A stretch of 64,000 bases of DNA from Patescibacteria group bacterium. Lineage in GTDB: Bacteria; Patescibacteriota; Microgenomatia; Levybacterales; UBA12049. The notes below the pieces were generated by a model. The model had not been told where the DNA came from. It made no database searches and was given only the letters and a program-made list of their open reading frames with translations. Where the stretch lies: NCBI GenBank assembly GCA_038063415.1, contig JBBTVD010000006.1, positions 299,914 to 363,913 of the forward strand, in the 5' to 3' direction. The stretch's first letter is position 1; each line of letters begins with the position of its first letter. The position numbers and the translations under genes were made by a program. Shown one piece after another: positions 1 through 9,207 of the stretch.

Positions 1-357
1 GGCTCCAAAGCTCATATTCCGCTTTGGTCTTGGCTCCTGAATTTTTCCAACGGGGATCGTCTTTTGCGGATATCTTTTTGCGAACAATTGTATCGACCAA
101 TGTTGGTGATTCCCATTGAGAAAAATATGGAATATTTTTATGGAGGAATGATATTTTTTGTGGCTTGTAAAAGAAACGATATAAAGACTTTTTAAGAATA
201 AGCAATAGCACATTCTTATAAGTACGAATCTCTCTCATGAATCATAGTATAACATGCTCAATCCTACTCATCCCCAAACAGAAAAATGTTGAAAAGGACT
301 GATAAATCAATCTTTTTAAGACAAACACATCACTAGTGCGTTTGAGTGCACCAGAAA

Positions 358-386
358 TTGACATCACTGGTGTAACGAGCTATACT
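358..386 (+). promoter_or_regulatory. Sigma70-like promoter TTGACA-17-TATACT ending 7 nt before the ATG at 394 (leaderless-type)
   Basis: TTGACA at 358-363, a 17-nt spacer, TATACT at 381-386, and ATG at 394. All read directly from the sequence. Confidence 0.4.
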
Positions 387-393
387 TATAAAT

Positions 394-1827
394 ATGACAA
401 TAGAAAAAAAAGAGCAATTAATTAGATTTCTTCAAGAACAAATCGCCCAAGCAGATTTTAAAGCAAAAGCATACGTTTTTGATGAAAAAAATAAAAAGCA
501 TCCTACGCGCAATTGTTTTATAAAATTACAAAAGTATGTTGATGACTTTCTAGAAGGTAATGCCGCTGCACGATGGCTTATTCTTTCTGGGTTTCGTGGA
601 GTCGGAAAAACAACCTTACTTTCACAATTGTATTTTGGAAACGCAAATCCCGAAATAAACCGACTCTATTTATCAGTAGACCAGGTTACTCAAATGTTGG
701 GAGTTACTTTAGAAGAAATACTTCTTGCATATGAGGAACTTTTAGGCACAGTCTTTGAAAGACTTGATAAGCCAACACTTCTTTTTTTGGATGAAATCCA
801 GTATGACAAGAAATGGGCAATTACACTTAAAACGATGATTTTCGATCGATCTCCAAAAATTTTCATTGTAGCAACAGGATCTTCTGCACTATCACTTCAA
901 AGTAACCCAGATGTGGCAAGACGAGCTCTATCAGAAACTGTTTTCCCAATGAGTTTTACTGAATATATGAAAATCAAAGACGGAAAGTATGAAATTAAAG
1001 GACTATCAAATCAAATTAGAAATGCTCTCTTTGAATCGAACTCAGCAGAAGATGTTTATAATAACCTAAAAGAAACAGAACAATCAGTAAGAAAGTATTG
1101 GACTGGAATTGGAAGACTTGAAGTTGATACATATATGAAATATGGAACATTACCTTTTGGTATAAGGCTACAAAATGAAGGATTAGTGTATGATCAAATT
1201 AAGAAAATTCTGGATCGTGTCATAAGTATGGATATTGCAGAATTGTCTCAATTTAAAACAGAGATAATTTCTCGTATTCCTGAGATTCTTTATGCAGTTG
1301 CAGCAGCTGATGGACTCAGTGTAACAAATCTCGCAAAAGATTTAAGCCTAAATAAAAGAACTGTTATTGATATCTTATCAGCCTTGGAAAAATCAGAGAT
1401 CCTCGTAAGAATCTATCCCTATGGCGCCCATGCCTCGCAGGTAAGGAAACCTTCTAAATATCTTTTTGCCTCTCCTGCTTTCAGATCTATGTATTACAAT
1501 TTTATCGGCAGCATTATTGCCGAACCATCATATATGGGTAAACTCTTAGAAGATACTGTTGGTTTTTATCTCACCAGATACTTTACAGGAAAGAGTTACT
1601 CCCTTACCTATGATAGCTCTCAATCAGGAGCAGATTTTATTGTAAGAAAGGGATTACAAAATATTATCTTAGAAGCGGGCTATGGCAAAAAAGGGTTTGC
1701 ACAAATTGAAAATACCAGAAACAGAGTCAATGCAAAATATGGGATTGTGGCTTCTATGTCTCCTCTACAACTTAACCCTCAAAAAAATGCAGTTACAGTT
1801 CCGCTGTCATACTTCCTTCTTATTTAA
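394..1827 (+). CDS. AAA+ family ATPase (DUF4143-like, P-loop NTPase)
   Basis: Walker A motif GFRGVGKTT, Walker B-like LLFLDE, and a 477-aa intact ORF. Confidence 0.5.
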   Translation: MTIEKKEQLIRFLQEQIAQADFKAKAYVFDEKNKKHPTRNCFIKLQKYVDDFLEGNAAARWLILSGFRGVGKTTLLSQLYFGNANPEINRLYLSVDQVTQMLGVTLEEILLAYEELLGTVFERLDKPTLLFLDEIQYDKKWAITLKTMIFDRSPKIFIVATGSSALSLQSNPDVARRALSETVFPMSFTEYMKIKDGKYEIKGLSNQIRNALFESNSAEDVYNNLKETEQSVRKYWTGIGRLEVDTYMKYGTLPFGIRLQNEGLVYDQIKKILDRVISMDIAELSQFKTEIISRIPEILYAVAAADGLSVTNLAKDLSLNKRTVIDILSALEKSEILVRIYPYGAHASQVRKPSKYLFASPAFRSMYYNFIGSIIAEPSYMGKLLEDTVGFYLTRYFTGKSYSLTYDSSQSGADFIVRKGLQNIILEAGYGKKGFAQIENTRNRVNAKYGIVASMSPLQLNPQKNAVTVPLSYFLLI

Positions 1828-1842
1828 GATGATGGAGTGTTA

Positions 1843-3957
1843 TTATTCTACTCGTCCAGTAAAGGTTGATTTGGCAAGCATAGCTTCAACAATATTCTTT
1901 GGCACTTCTTCGTAATGCGAAGGCTCCATATAATAATTTGCTCGGCCTTGTGTCAGACTTCGAAGGCTCGTTGCATACCCTGAAAGCTCAGACAGTGGCA
2001 CCATAGCAAGGACAATGGTTGCAGTTCCACGCTCTTCCGTTCCCATAATCTGTGCACGTTTGGAAGAAAGATCTCCAATAACTTCACCCATATACTCTGA
2101 TGGAGTCGTAACTTCTACCTTCATAACAGGTTCAAGAAGTGACATTGGTGCTTTTTTGGAAGCTGCTTGGAGTGCTTGACTCGCTGCAATCTTAAAAGCA
2201 ACTTCACTTGAATCAACATCGTGGTAAGAACCGTCATAACACGTCACTTTGACATCAACAACTGGATAACCGAGCATAATACCATTTTCTAGTGTTTCCT
2301 GAGCACCTTTTGCAACAGCTTTGATAAATTCGGCAGGGATAGCTCCTCCTTTGATTGCATCAACAAACTCATAGCCTTCACCACGAGCTTTTGGTGTAAC
2401 TCTCAGGAAACAATGACCATATTGTCCTCGTCCACCCGATTGACGGATGTATTTACCTTCTGCTTCAATTTCTGTCGTAAAAGCTTCTTTGTACGCAACC
2501 TGAGGAGCACCAACATTTGCTTCGACATTAAACTCACGCTTCATACGATCAACCATAATTTCAAGCTGGAGTTCGCCAATACCTGAGATAATAGTTTGAT
2601 TGGTTTCGTGATTAACTTTGACCCGGAAGGTAGGATCTTCTTCTTGGAGCCTCTTGAGTGAATAGCCAAGTCGTTCCTGATCTGATTTGGTCTTTGGTTC
2701 AATAGCAAGTGAGATAACTGGATCAGGGAATGAAATCTGTTCAAGCACAATTGGCTTCGCATCATCACAAAGAGTGTCACCAGTGATTGTTTCTTTGAGT
2801 CCAACAATCGCCACAATTTCTCCAGCATAAGCTTCTTGGATTTCTTCACGCTGGTTTGCATGCATCAAAAGGAGACGTCCGATACGCTCTTTGGCATCTT
2901 TGTTGGCGTTGTAGACGTAAGAACCTGAAGTAAGTTTCCCTGAGTACACGCGGAAATAGGTGATCTTTCCGACATGTGGATCATTTTGGATCTTAAAGGC
3001 AAGTCCAGCAAAAGCCTCATCTGGTACCAGTTTACGAACTTCTTCAGCTTCAGTCTTTGGATTAATCCCTTTTACTTCATCCAGATCAACTGGAGATGGA
3101 AGATAATCAACAACCGCATCAAGCAGAGGCTGTACACCTTTGTTACGAAGAGACGTTCCAGCGTACATTGGGACAAGCTTGTAGGCAATAACGGCTGCAC
3201 GAAGCGCTTTTTTGAGCTCTTCAACAGTTGGCTCTTCTCCACTCAGATATCTTTCAAGAAGTTCATCATCGGTCTCACAGATCTTCTCGATCAACTTGTT
3301 GCGGTATTCTTCAACTTGCTCCTTCATGTCTTCTGGAACTTCATCTGAGATATCAAATTTTGCCCCAAGACCATCTGATTCCCACGTAATAGATTTACGG
3401 GTAAGGAGATCAACGTTTCCTGTGTAGGTATTTTCTGCACCAATTGGGAGCACCATGATAGCTGGATTTGCTCCAAGTCGGTCAACCACTGATTGTACTG
3501 TCGCGAGGAAATCAGCACCGAGTTTATCCATTTTGTTGATGAAACAGAGTCGTGGTTCTTTGTATTTGTAAGCTTGACGCCAGACAGTTTCGGATTGGGA
3601 CTGTACTCCTTCTTCAGCATCAAGTACTGTGATACCTCCGTCAAGCACACGCAGTGATCGCTCTACTTCAGCGGTGAAGTCAACGTGTCCGGGGGTATCG
3701 ATAATATTAATACGGTAGTCATTCCAGAACGCTGTGGTTGCCGCAGATACAATGGTAATACCTCGCTCTTTCTCTTGCTCCATCCAGTCCATTTGGGTAT
3801 TTCCTTCGTCAATATCTCCAATTTTGTAGGTTCGCCCGGTGTAGTAGAGAATACGCTCAGTCGTGGTAGTTTTTCCTGCGTCAATGTGGGCAATAATCCC
3901 GATATTTCGGATCTTATCGAGTGGAAAGTTTCTATTGGTTGTTGTTGCTTGCGCCAT
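1843..3957 (-). CDS. fusA: Translation elongation factor G
   Basis: AHIDAGKTTTTERILYYTG G-domain motifs, DTPGHVDF and NKMDK. Start set at MAQATT (ATG 3957) rather than the ORF-track extension. TAA stop. Confidence 0.95.
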   Translation of the reverse strand: MAQATTTNRNFPLDKIRNIGIIAHIDAGKTTTTERILYYTGRTYKIGDIDEGNTQMDWMEQEKERGITIVSAATTAFWNDYRINIIDTPGHVDFTAEVERSLRVLDGGITVLDAEEGVQSQSETVWRQAYKYKEPRLCFINKMDKLGADFLATVQSVVDRLGANPAIMVLPIGAENTYTGNVDLLTRKSITWESDGLGAKFDISDEVPEDMKEQVEEYRNKLIEKICETDDELLERYLSGEEPTVEELKKALRAAVIAYKLVPMYAGTSLRNKGVQPLLDAVVDYLPSPVDLDEVKGINPKTEAEEVRKLVPDEAFAGLAFKIQNDPHVGKITYFRVYSGKLTSGSYVYNANKDAKERIGRLLLMHANQREEIQEAYAGEIVAIVGLKETITGDTLCDDAKPIVLEQISFPDPVISLAIEPKTKSDQERLGYSLKRLQEEDPTFRVKVNHETNQTIISGIGELQLEIMVDRMKREFNVEANVGAPQVAYKEAFTTEIEAEGKYIRQSGGRGQYGHCFLRVTPKARGEGYEFVDAIKGGAIPAEFIKAVAKGAQETLENGIMLGYPVVDVKVTCYDGSYHDVDSSEVAFKIAASQALQAASKKAPMSLLEPVMKVEVTTPSEYMGEVIGDLSSKRAQIMGTEERGTATIVLAMVPLSELSGYATSLRSLTQGRANYYMEPSHYEEVPKNIVEAMLAKSTFTGRVE

Positions 3958-4053
3958 AAGATAAAAAAAGTTAAAAACGCCAAAGAGCACTTTTAACTCT
4001 CAAGAGTATACCATAGTACTGCGCATTTTTGCTAGATGAAAAAAACTCAGTTG

Positions 4054-4082
4054 TTGACAATCCCATAGTTAGTGATATACTC
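4054..4082 (+). promoter_or_regulatory. Sigma70-like promoter TTGACA-17-TATACT, 7 nt upstream of ATG 4090
   Basis: TTGACA at 4054-4059, TATACT at 4077-4082, ATG at 4090. Confidence 0.4.
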
Positions 4083-4089
4083 CAAAGCT

Positions 4090-4428
4090 ATGCCAGAAAA
4101 ACTACGTTTTATTAAAGGATTGGAAAAAAGCTTAGACAGAATACGTCAAGCAGAAGCTCCACGGGGTATAACAATCTTCTCAAGAGGCTTACTAGCCATA
4201 ACTGGAGCGGGAGCAATGCTTACCGAAGATGGCGCATTAGATCTTGCGGGTGCATCAGTAGTAGCACTATCCACCGTAAATACTTCACAAAAGACGAAAC
4301 TAGCTAGTGGGCTTTTCCTCGTAGCCGCAGGTATAGTAGAAAAAAATGCCTCATCAGTTACTGCAGGTATTGCTGTTGCTGGTCAGACAGTGGGTGATAA
4401 AATAAGAAATTTACAAGGTCGTAAATAA
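4090..4428 (+). CDS. Hypothetical small Gly/Ala-rich protein
   Basis: The ORF-track start at 4072 is a GTG. The first ATG is at 4090 (MPEKLRF...). No recognisable domain. Confidence 0.3.
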   Translation: MPEKLRFIKGLEKSLDRIRQAEAPRGITIFSRGLLAITGAGAMLTEDGALDLAGASVVALSTVNTSQKTKLASGLFLVAAGIVEKNASSVTAGIAVAGQTVGDKIRNLQGRK

Positions 4429-4530
4429 ATCAAACAGCCTAAAATTTGTTTCTTTTTTAAACTAGATTCTTTGACTTTTATCCCCAAAACCCATACACTA
4501 AAATGAAGCCGCGGAGTCTCTTGTGGCCGT

Positions 4531-5145
4531 TTGTTTATGGCAAAAGACATGCACTCTATCAACCTGCTGCCCAATAAGGGGGAGAGCTTGTTTACCCAAT
4601 TTCTCAGTTGGGGACTGAGTATTGGAAGACTACTGATTATTCTGACCGAGACAGTAGCACTAGGTACATTCCTCTATCGTTTTTCCCTTGATATGCGGAT
4701 TGTTGACCTGCATGACGAGATCAAGATTCAAAGCTTTATCGTGAGAAATTTTGCAGCCTCCGAAGAAAAGTTTCGTAATGTACAGGAACGCATTGCTCTG
4801 GCACGACTCTACAGTGAGCAATCAGACGTTACCCCGACAGTCTTTCAAGGCATTACCGATATGGGACGAGGCAAGGTAACGTTTAAGGATCTTGCAGTCG
4901 GGAATGATCGGGTCAAAATTGAGATAGAATCCCCTTCTTCTTCAAAGCTCAGACAATTTGTTGATCAGCTAAGTGCTTATCCTGAACTTACTGAGATCAG
5001 TATCGATAAAGTAGAAAATAAGCCGGCAAATGCGGTTATTGCCGTAACCATTACGGCTCTTTTGACAGATATTCAACCAACCCAAGAACCACAAGCATCA
5101 GTGAGACAAATACCAGGACAAGGTATACAAAATACTGAATTATGA
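4531..5145 (+). CDS. pilN: Type IV pilus assembly protein PilN-like (bitopic)
   Basis: N-terminal INLLP motif (MHSINLLPNKG) followed by a single TM helix, about 200 aa. The real start may be ATG 4549. Confidence 0.5.
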   Translation: MFMAKDMHSINLLPNKGESLFTQFLSWGLSIGRLLIILTETVALGTFLYRFSLDMRIVDLHDEIKIQSFIVRNFAASEEKFRNVQERIALARLYSEQSDVTPTVFQGITDMGRGKVTFKDLAVGNDRVKIEIESPSSSKLRQFVDQLSAYPELTEISIDKVENKPANAVIAVTITALLTDIQPTQEPQASVRQIPGQGIQNTEL

Positions 5146-5762
5146 AACTACCAACCCATTATTTTGAAGACTTATCAGCACGTCGCTATCGTGAATATCT
5201 CAAGCTTCTTCCTGATTTCCATAAGGAGAACACAAAGCTACTCACCATGCTTATTTTTACCTTTCTTGCGATGTCGTTCTTTGGTATCTTTGCCATAAAT
5301 CCCACTCTTACAACTATCGTTGAGTTGCAAAAGCAATTACAAGATAGCGAATTTACCGTTGAACAGTTACGAACAAAAATTAATAATCTTAGTAGTCTTC
5401 AACAGCAATATGCACAAATTGAATCTGATCTTTCACTCGTGAGTGCTGCCATTCCGGAGAATGCAGATGTACCAATCGCAACAGGACAGATTCGTGCATT
5501 GGCAAAAGAACATAAGATTACGATTACGAATCTTCGTGTCAATGAAGTACTGCTTGCCTCTCCCAAACTGCACGATGCACAGATCGCTTCTTTTGTCTTC
5601 ACTATGGAAGCAAGTGGAGCGTACGAAGATATGATGCAATTTTCAAATGCGCTTACCAAACTTCGCAGGATCATTACCATTGACTCGTTGGCTATTGGGA
5701 AAGACACGCAAAGCAATAATTTACTGTTGCAAATACGAGGAAGGGAGTATTTCAAAAAATGA
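5142..5762 (+). CDS. PilO-like bitopic pilus assembly protein (putative)
   Basis: 4-bp overlap with pilN. Single N-terminal TM followed by a coiled-coil region. Assigned on context and topology only. Confidence 0.35.
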   Translation: MKLPTHYFEDLSARRYREYLKLLPDFHKENTKLLTMLIFTFLAMSFFGIFAINPTLTTIVELQKQLQDSEFTVEQLRTKINNLSSLQQQYAQIESDLSLVSAAIPENADVPIATGQIRALAKEHKITITNLRVNEVLLASPKLHDAQIASFVFTMEASGAYEDMMQFSNALTKLRRIITIDSLAIGKDTQSNNLLLQIRGREYFKK

Positions 5763-6187
5763 AACGTCAAAAAGTAACACGAACTGATGTCTTATTCTTA
5801 AGTATTTCTGTCTTTATTGTGGTTTGTGCATGGATTGGGTTTAATATTTATCACAGTTGGGTCACAACAACCATCACCCCTGAACTCCAACAACAGATTA
5901 TCCCGATTGAAGCAAGTTTTGATACACAAACGATTAATGCACTGCGCAGTCGACAAGAGCTACAAGCATTAATGGATGCAGATCAACGCGCTGTTGCGGT
6001 AACACCAACAGCGGTACCACAGCCAAATAACATACAGCCAACCTTTTCCTTTTCGCAACCAAATACAACCGTAAGTCCACTACCAACAATTGCAACCTCT
6101 CCCGCTCCAACAGCGGAACAACAACCCATTGAAGTTGAGCAACCATCAGAAGACGAACAGACATTTGAAACCATTCAAGGACAATGA
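5759..6187 (+). CDS. Hypothetical membrane-anchored Pro/Gln/Thr-rich protein
   Basis: N-terminal TM and a low-complexity P/T/Q tail. Translationally coupled to its neighbours by 4-bp overlaps. Confidence 0.3.
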   Translation: MKRQKVTRTDVLFLSISVFIVVCAWIGFNIYHSWVTTTITPELQQQIIPIEASFDTQTINALRSRQELQALMDADQRAVAVTPTAVPQPNNIQPTFSFSQPNTTVSPLPTIATSPAPTAEQQPIEVEQPSEDEQTFETIQGQ

Positions 6188-7557
6188 GAGATCAAAAACA
6201 AAGCATATGGAACCAACGACTTCCCTCGTTTTTGGGAGTACTTGTGTTGCTTGTTTCTATCACTACTATTTTATGGCTGAGTCGAAACGCTGTGCTTTTT
6301 GGAACGCAAGCTGCAATAAGTAACACACCGCAAAAATTACAGATCAGCAATATTACTGATACTTCCTTTACCGTCTCCTATATAACAGAAGCCAAAGTAA
6401 TTGGTGCACTTGCCTATGGTCAAGATGCATCATTCGGAACGGTTAGTCAGGATGATCGAGACAAAACTGGGACACCAACAGAACATCGAGTCCATAGCAT
6501 GATAGTCTCGAGTCTAACTCCTGGAACTACCTATTTCTTTGCAATTGCTTCAGGGACAGAAACGTTTCTTGATCAAGGAAAACCCTATACGGTAACAACA
6601 GCTCGTACTGCTGGGACAAATAACGCAGATGCTCTGATGGCCAAAGGAAAGGTTACGCTTGCAGATGGATCTCTCCCCCTTGAAGGGATTGCGTATGTCT
6701 TTACACCAGAGTCGCAATTACTTTCAGGCATTATCCAGCCAGATGGTTCCTATAGCATTCCGCTAGGAACGCTGAGGACAAAAGACCTTGCAGGATTTGT
6801 AGCTATTACTCCGCAAGCCAACCTAAGCTTGATCGCAACAAATGGCACAGAAGAGTCGACGGTTTCAGTTCTGGGTGATCAAATTGATCCTATCCCGCCC
6901 GTTGTCTTATCAAAAACCTATGATTTCGCACTTGATGATACAAATGATAATGAAGCAACAATAGCAGCAACTACCGAAATTACCGCCTTCCCAACGGTTG
7001 AAGATACCGCCGAGGCAAAGCCACAAATTATTGCTCCACGAGAAGATGCAGAATTGCGCGATCCTCAGCCAATCTTCCGCGGAAAAGCGCTGCCCAATGA
7101 AACGGTTACGATCACTATTCAATCTGACCCAATTACGGTTACCGTAACAGCAGATGAAACCGGTAGTTGGGAATTTAGGCCAGAAGCACCCATTGAACCT
7201 GGTGAACATACCGTAACTATCGAAACGAAAAGTGATGTAGGACTTCTTGAAACGATAACCAATAGCTTCACCGTATTTGCGGAAGGAAGTGAGTTTATCG
7301 AACCATCTGTTGAGCCATCTATTTCTCCGACAAAAGCGCCGACAGCAACGCCAACACAGCAACCTTCACCATCCCCTTTACCAACAAAGGTCATAACGCC
7401 GTCGCCAACACAACAAATAACACAAGGACCAACTGTACAACCAACAGCTGGGCCAACAGTCGTTCCGGCTGGAAGTAGTGCAGTAATAACGGGAGTAGCT
7501 GTGACGGGTTTTCTTGCCACCATTGGCATGCTACTCTTTTTCTTCGCAATCGGGTAA
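6184..7557 (+). CDS. Surface protein with FN3-like and Ig-like domains, Thr/Pro-rich linker and C-terminal TM anchor
   Basis: N-terminal signal/TM. FN3-like block (LQISNITDTSFTVSY...TPGTTYFFAI). An approximately 60-aa PT-rich linker. C-terminal hydrophobic helix VTGFLATIGMLLFFFAIG. Confidence 0.5.
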   Translation: MRDQKQSIWNQRLPSFLGVLVLLVSITTILWLSRNAVLFGTQAAISNTPQKLQISNITDTSFTVSYITEAKVIGALAYGQDASFGTVSQDDRDKTGTPTEHRVHSMIVSSLTPGTTYFFAIASGTETFLDQGKPYTVTTARTAGTNNADALMAKGKVTLADGSLPLEGIAYVFTPESQLLSGIIQPDGSYSIPLGTLRTKDLAGFVAITPQANLSLIATNGTEESTVSVLGDQIDPIPPVVLSKTYDFALDDTNDNEATIAATTEITAFPTVEDTAEAKPQIIAPREDAELRDPQPIFRGKALPNETVTITIQSDPITVTVTADETGSWEFRPEAPIEPGEHTVTIETKSDVGLLETITNSFTVFAEGSEFIEPSVEPSISPTKAPTATPTQQPSPSPLPTKVITPSPTQQITQGPTVQPTAGPTVVPAGSSAVITGVAVTGFLATIGMLLFFFAIG

Positions 7558-7566
7558 AATAGAAAA

Positions 7567-8853
7567 ATGAAGATTGCAATTATTGGTGCCGGATTTACCG
7601 GGCTTTCAGCAGCCTATCGACTAACCAAAAAAGGTCATCAGGTTACCGTTTTTGAAAAAGACGAGTTACCTGGAGGACTTGCTATTGGCTATCAAGAGAA
7701 AGGCTGGGAATGGTCTCTTGAAAAGCATTATCATCACTGGTTTACCAATGATCCCTTTATCCTCGGACTGGCAAAGGAGATAGGCTTCCCAGTGCTTACC
7801 AAACGACCAAAAGCATCAGTTTATGTAAACAATAAAATCTATCAACTTGATTCTCCCATGGCACTGCTTACTTTCCCGGAGCTTCCTCTCATTGATCGAT
7901 TACGTATGGCAGTAATCTTTGCCGTACTTCGACTTAACCCTCTTTGGCAGCCGTTGGAAAAAATTAATGCCAATACGTTTCTTACCACCTATATGGGTAA
8001 AAAAGCCTATGGTATGCTATGGGAACCGCAGCTCCGCAACAAAATGGGTAAGTATGCTGACGATATCTCACTCGTATGGTTTTGGAGTCGCGTAAGCAAG
8101 CGTACACCTTCGCTTGCCTATCCAAAAGGGGGCTTTCTCTCCTTTGCCAATGCTGTTGTTGCAACAATTGAAAAAAATGGGAGTAAAGTCATTTATAATG
8201 CCGAAACGCAAGAAATTACCGATGGAGAAAAGGTTCGCATCAAAAGTAAAATCAATGGAAAAAGCAAAACTGAGACATTCGATCGAGTTATCGTTACCCT
8301 GCCTTCTTTCCTTTTTCTCAAGATGACCCCACAGCTGCCTGCAAGTTATACAAAAAAATTAGTTCGGCTTCGCGGGCTTGCGGCGACCAATATGGTGCTA
8401 CGTTTAAAGAAACCATTTTTGCCAAATGACACCTATTGGCTCAGCATCTGCAAACACAATTCTCCCGTTATGGTACTTGTCGAGCATACCAATATGATCG
8501 ATAAAAAATATTATAATAACGAACATCTTTTGTATATCGGTAATTATCCGGAACGGGATAGTGAACTATTTAATAAAACGAAAGAGCAAACGCTTGCGTA
8601 TTATCACAAATTTCTTGAAGAAATTCATCCAGGGTATAAAAAAGACATTATCGGCTATGAACTCTTTAAAGCTCCCTTTGGACAACCAATTGTCCCGGTG
8701 AACTATTCAAAGCTTATTCCTCCTATGCAGACGCCTTTGCCACATGTCTTCCTGGCAAATATCGAACAAGTCTACCCACATGATCGGGGGACAAACTATG
8801 CTGTTGAGCTAGGAGAGAAGGTTGCAAGGTTAGTTGAACATGAAAATAGATAA
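7567..8853 (+). CDS. FAD/NAD(P)-binding oxidoreductase (amine-oxidase/desaturase/UGM-like fold)
   Basis: N-terminal Rossmann motif IAIIGAGFTGLSAAYRL...EKDELPGG. 428 aa. Confidence 0.6.
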   Translation: MKIAIIGAGFTGLSAAYRLTKKGHQVTVFEKDELPGGLAIGYQEKGWEWSLEKHYHHWFTNDPFILGLAKEIGFPVLTKRPKASVYVNNKIYQLDSPMALLTFPELPLIDRLRMAVIFAVLRLNPLWQPLEKINANTFLTTYMGKKAYGMLWEPQLRNKMGKYADDISLVWFWSRVSKRTPSLAYPKGGFLSFANAVVATIEKNGSKVIYNAETQEITDGEKVRIKSKINGKSKTETFDRVIVTLPSFLFLKMTPQLPASYTKKLVRLRGLAATNMVLRLKKPFLPNDTYWLSICKHNSPVMVLVEHTNMIDKKYYNNEHLLYIGNYPERDSELFNKTKEQTLAYYHKFLEEIHPGYKKDIIGYELFKAPFGQPIVPVNYSKLIPPMQTPLPHVFLANIEQVYPHDRGTNYAVELGEKVARLVEHENR

Positions 8854-9046
8854 AAAACTGGCAAAAATTCTTTCAAACTTTTATGCAGATCTTGCAAAAG
8901 CATATTTTATCGGAACATTCATTACACCGATACTGAATGGAATTTCTTCACTAAACGAATTTGCGTGGATCTTGACTAAGGGATTACTCAGTGTTATCCT
9001 TCTATTACTCATTGCTTGGCGTTTTGCAAAAGTTGATGAAGTATAA
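8834..9046 (+). CDS. Small hypothetical membrane protein
   Basis: 70-aa ORF with two hydrophobic segments. A second roughly 42-aa TM ORF lies at 9049-9177 (not in the ORF track). Confidence 0.25.
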   Translation: MNMKIDKKLAKILSNFYADLAKAYFIGTFITPILNGISSLNEFAWILTKGLLSVILLLLIAWRFAKVDEV

Positions 9047-9207
9047 GTATGAATTGGCTTGATGTTTTTAATTCTGGAGTAATTTTTGCTTTACTTGCTG
9101 TCATTGCAGGAGCACTGTTACTCTTGGTCGCTAAAAAACAATCTAAAGAATCTCACACAAAATCTTCCAAAAGATAATCGACTACTGTTACAATAAAAAG
9201 TACTTGT

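Noticed and set aside
1682-1915. 77-aa ORF bridging the ATPase gene end and the fusA 3' end
   Set aside because: It overlaps two real genes and has no motif. Spurious.
2541-3996. Several 60-125 aa ORFs on both strands inside fusA
   Set aside because: They lie fully within a highly conserved gene. They are shadow ORFs of the ORF finder.
3958-4071. Expectation of rpsL/rpsG upstream of fusA (str operon)
   Set aside because: The upstream region is intergenic and the next gene is unrelated. fusA is stand-alone here. This is noted as an observation, not an error.
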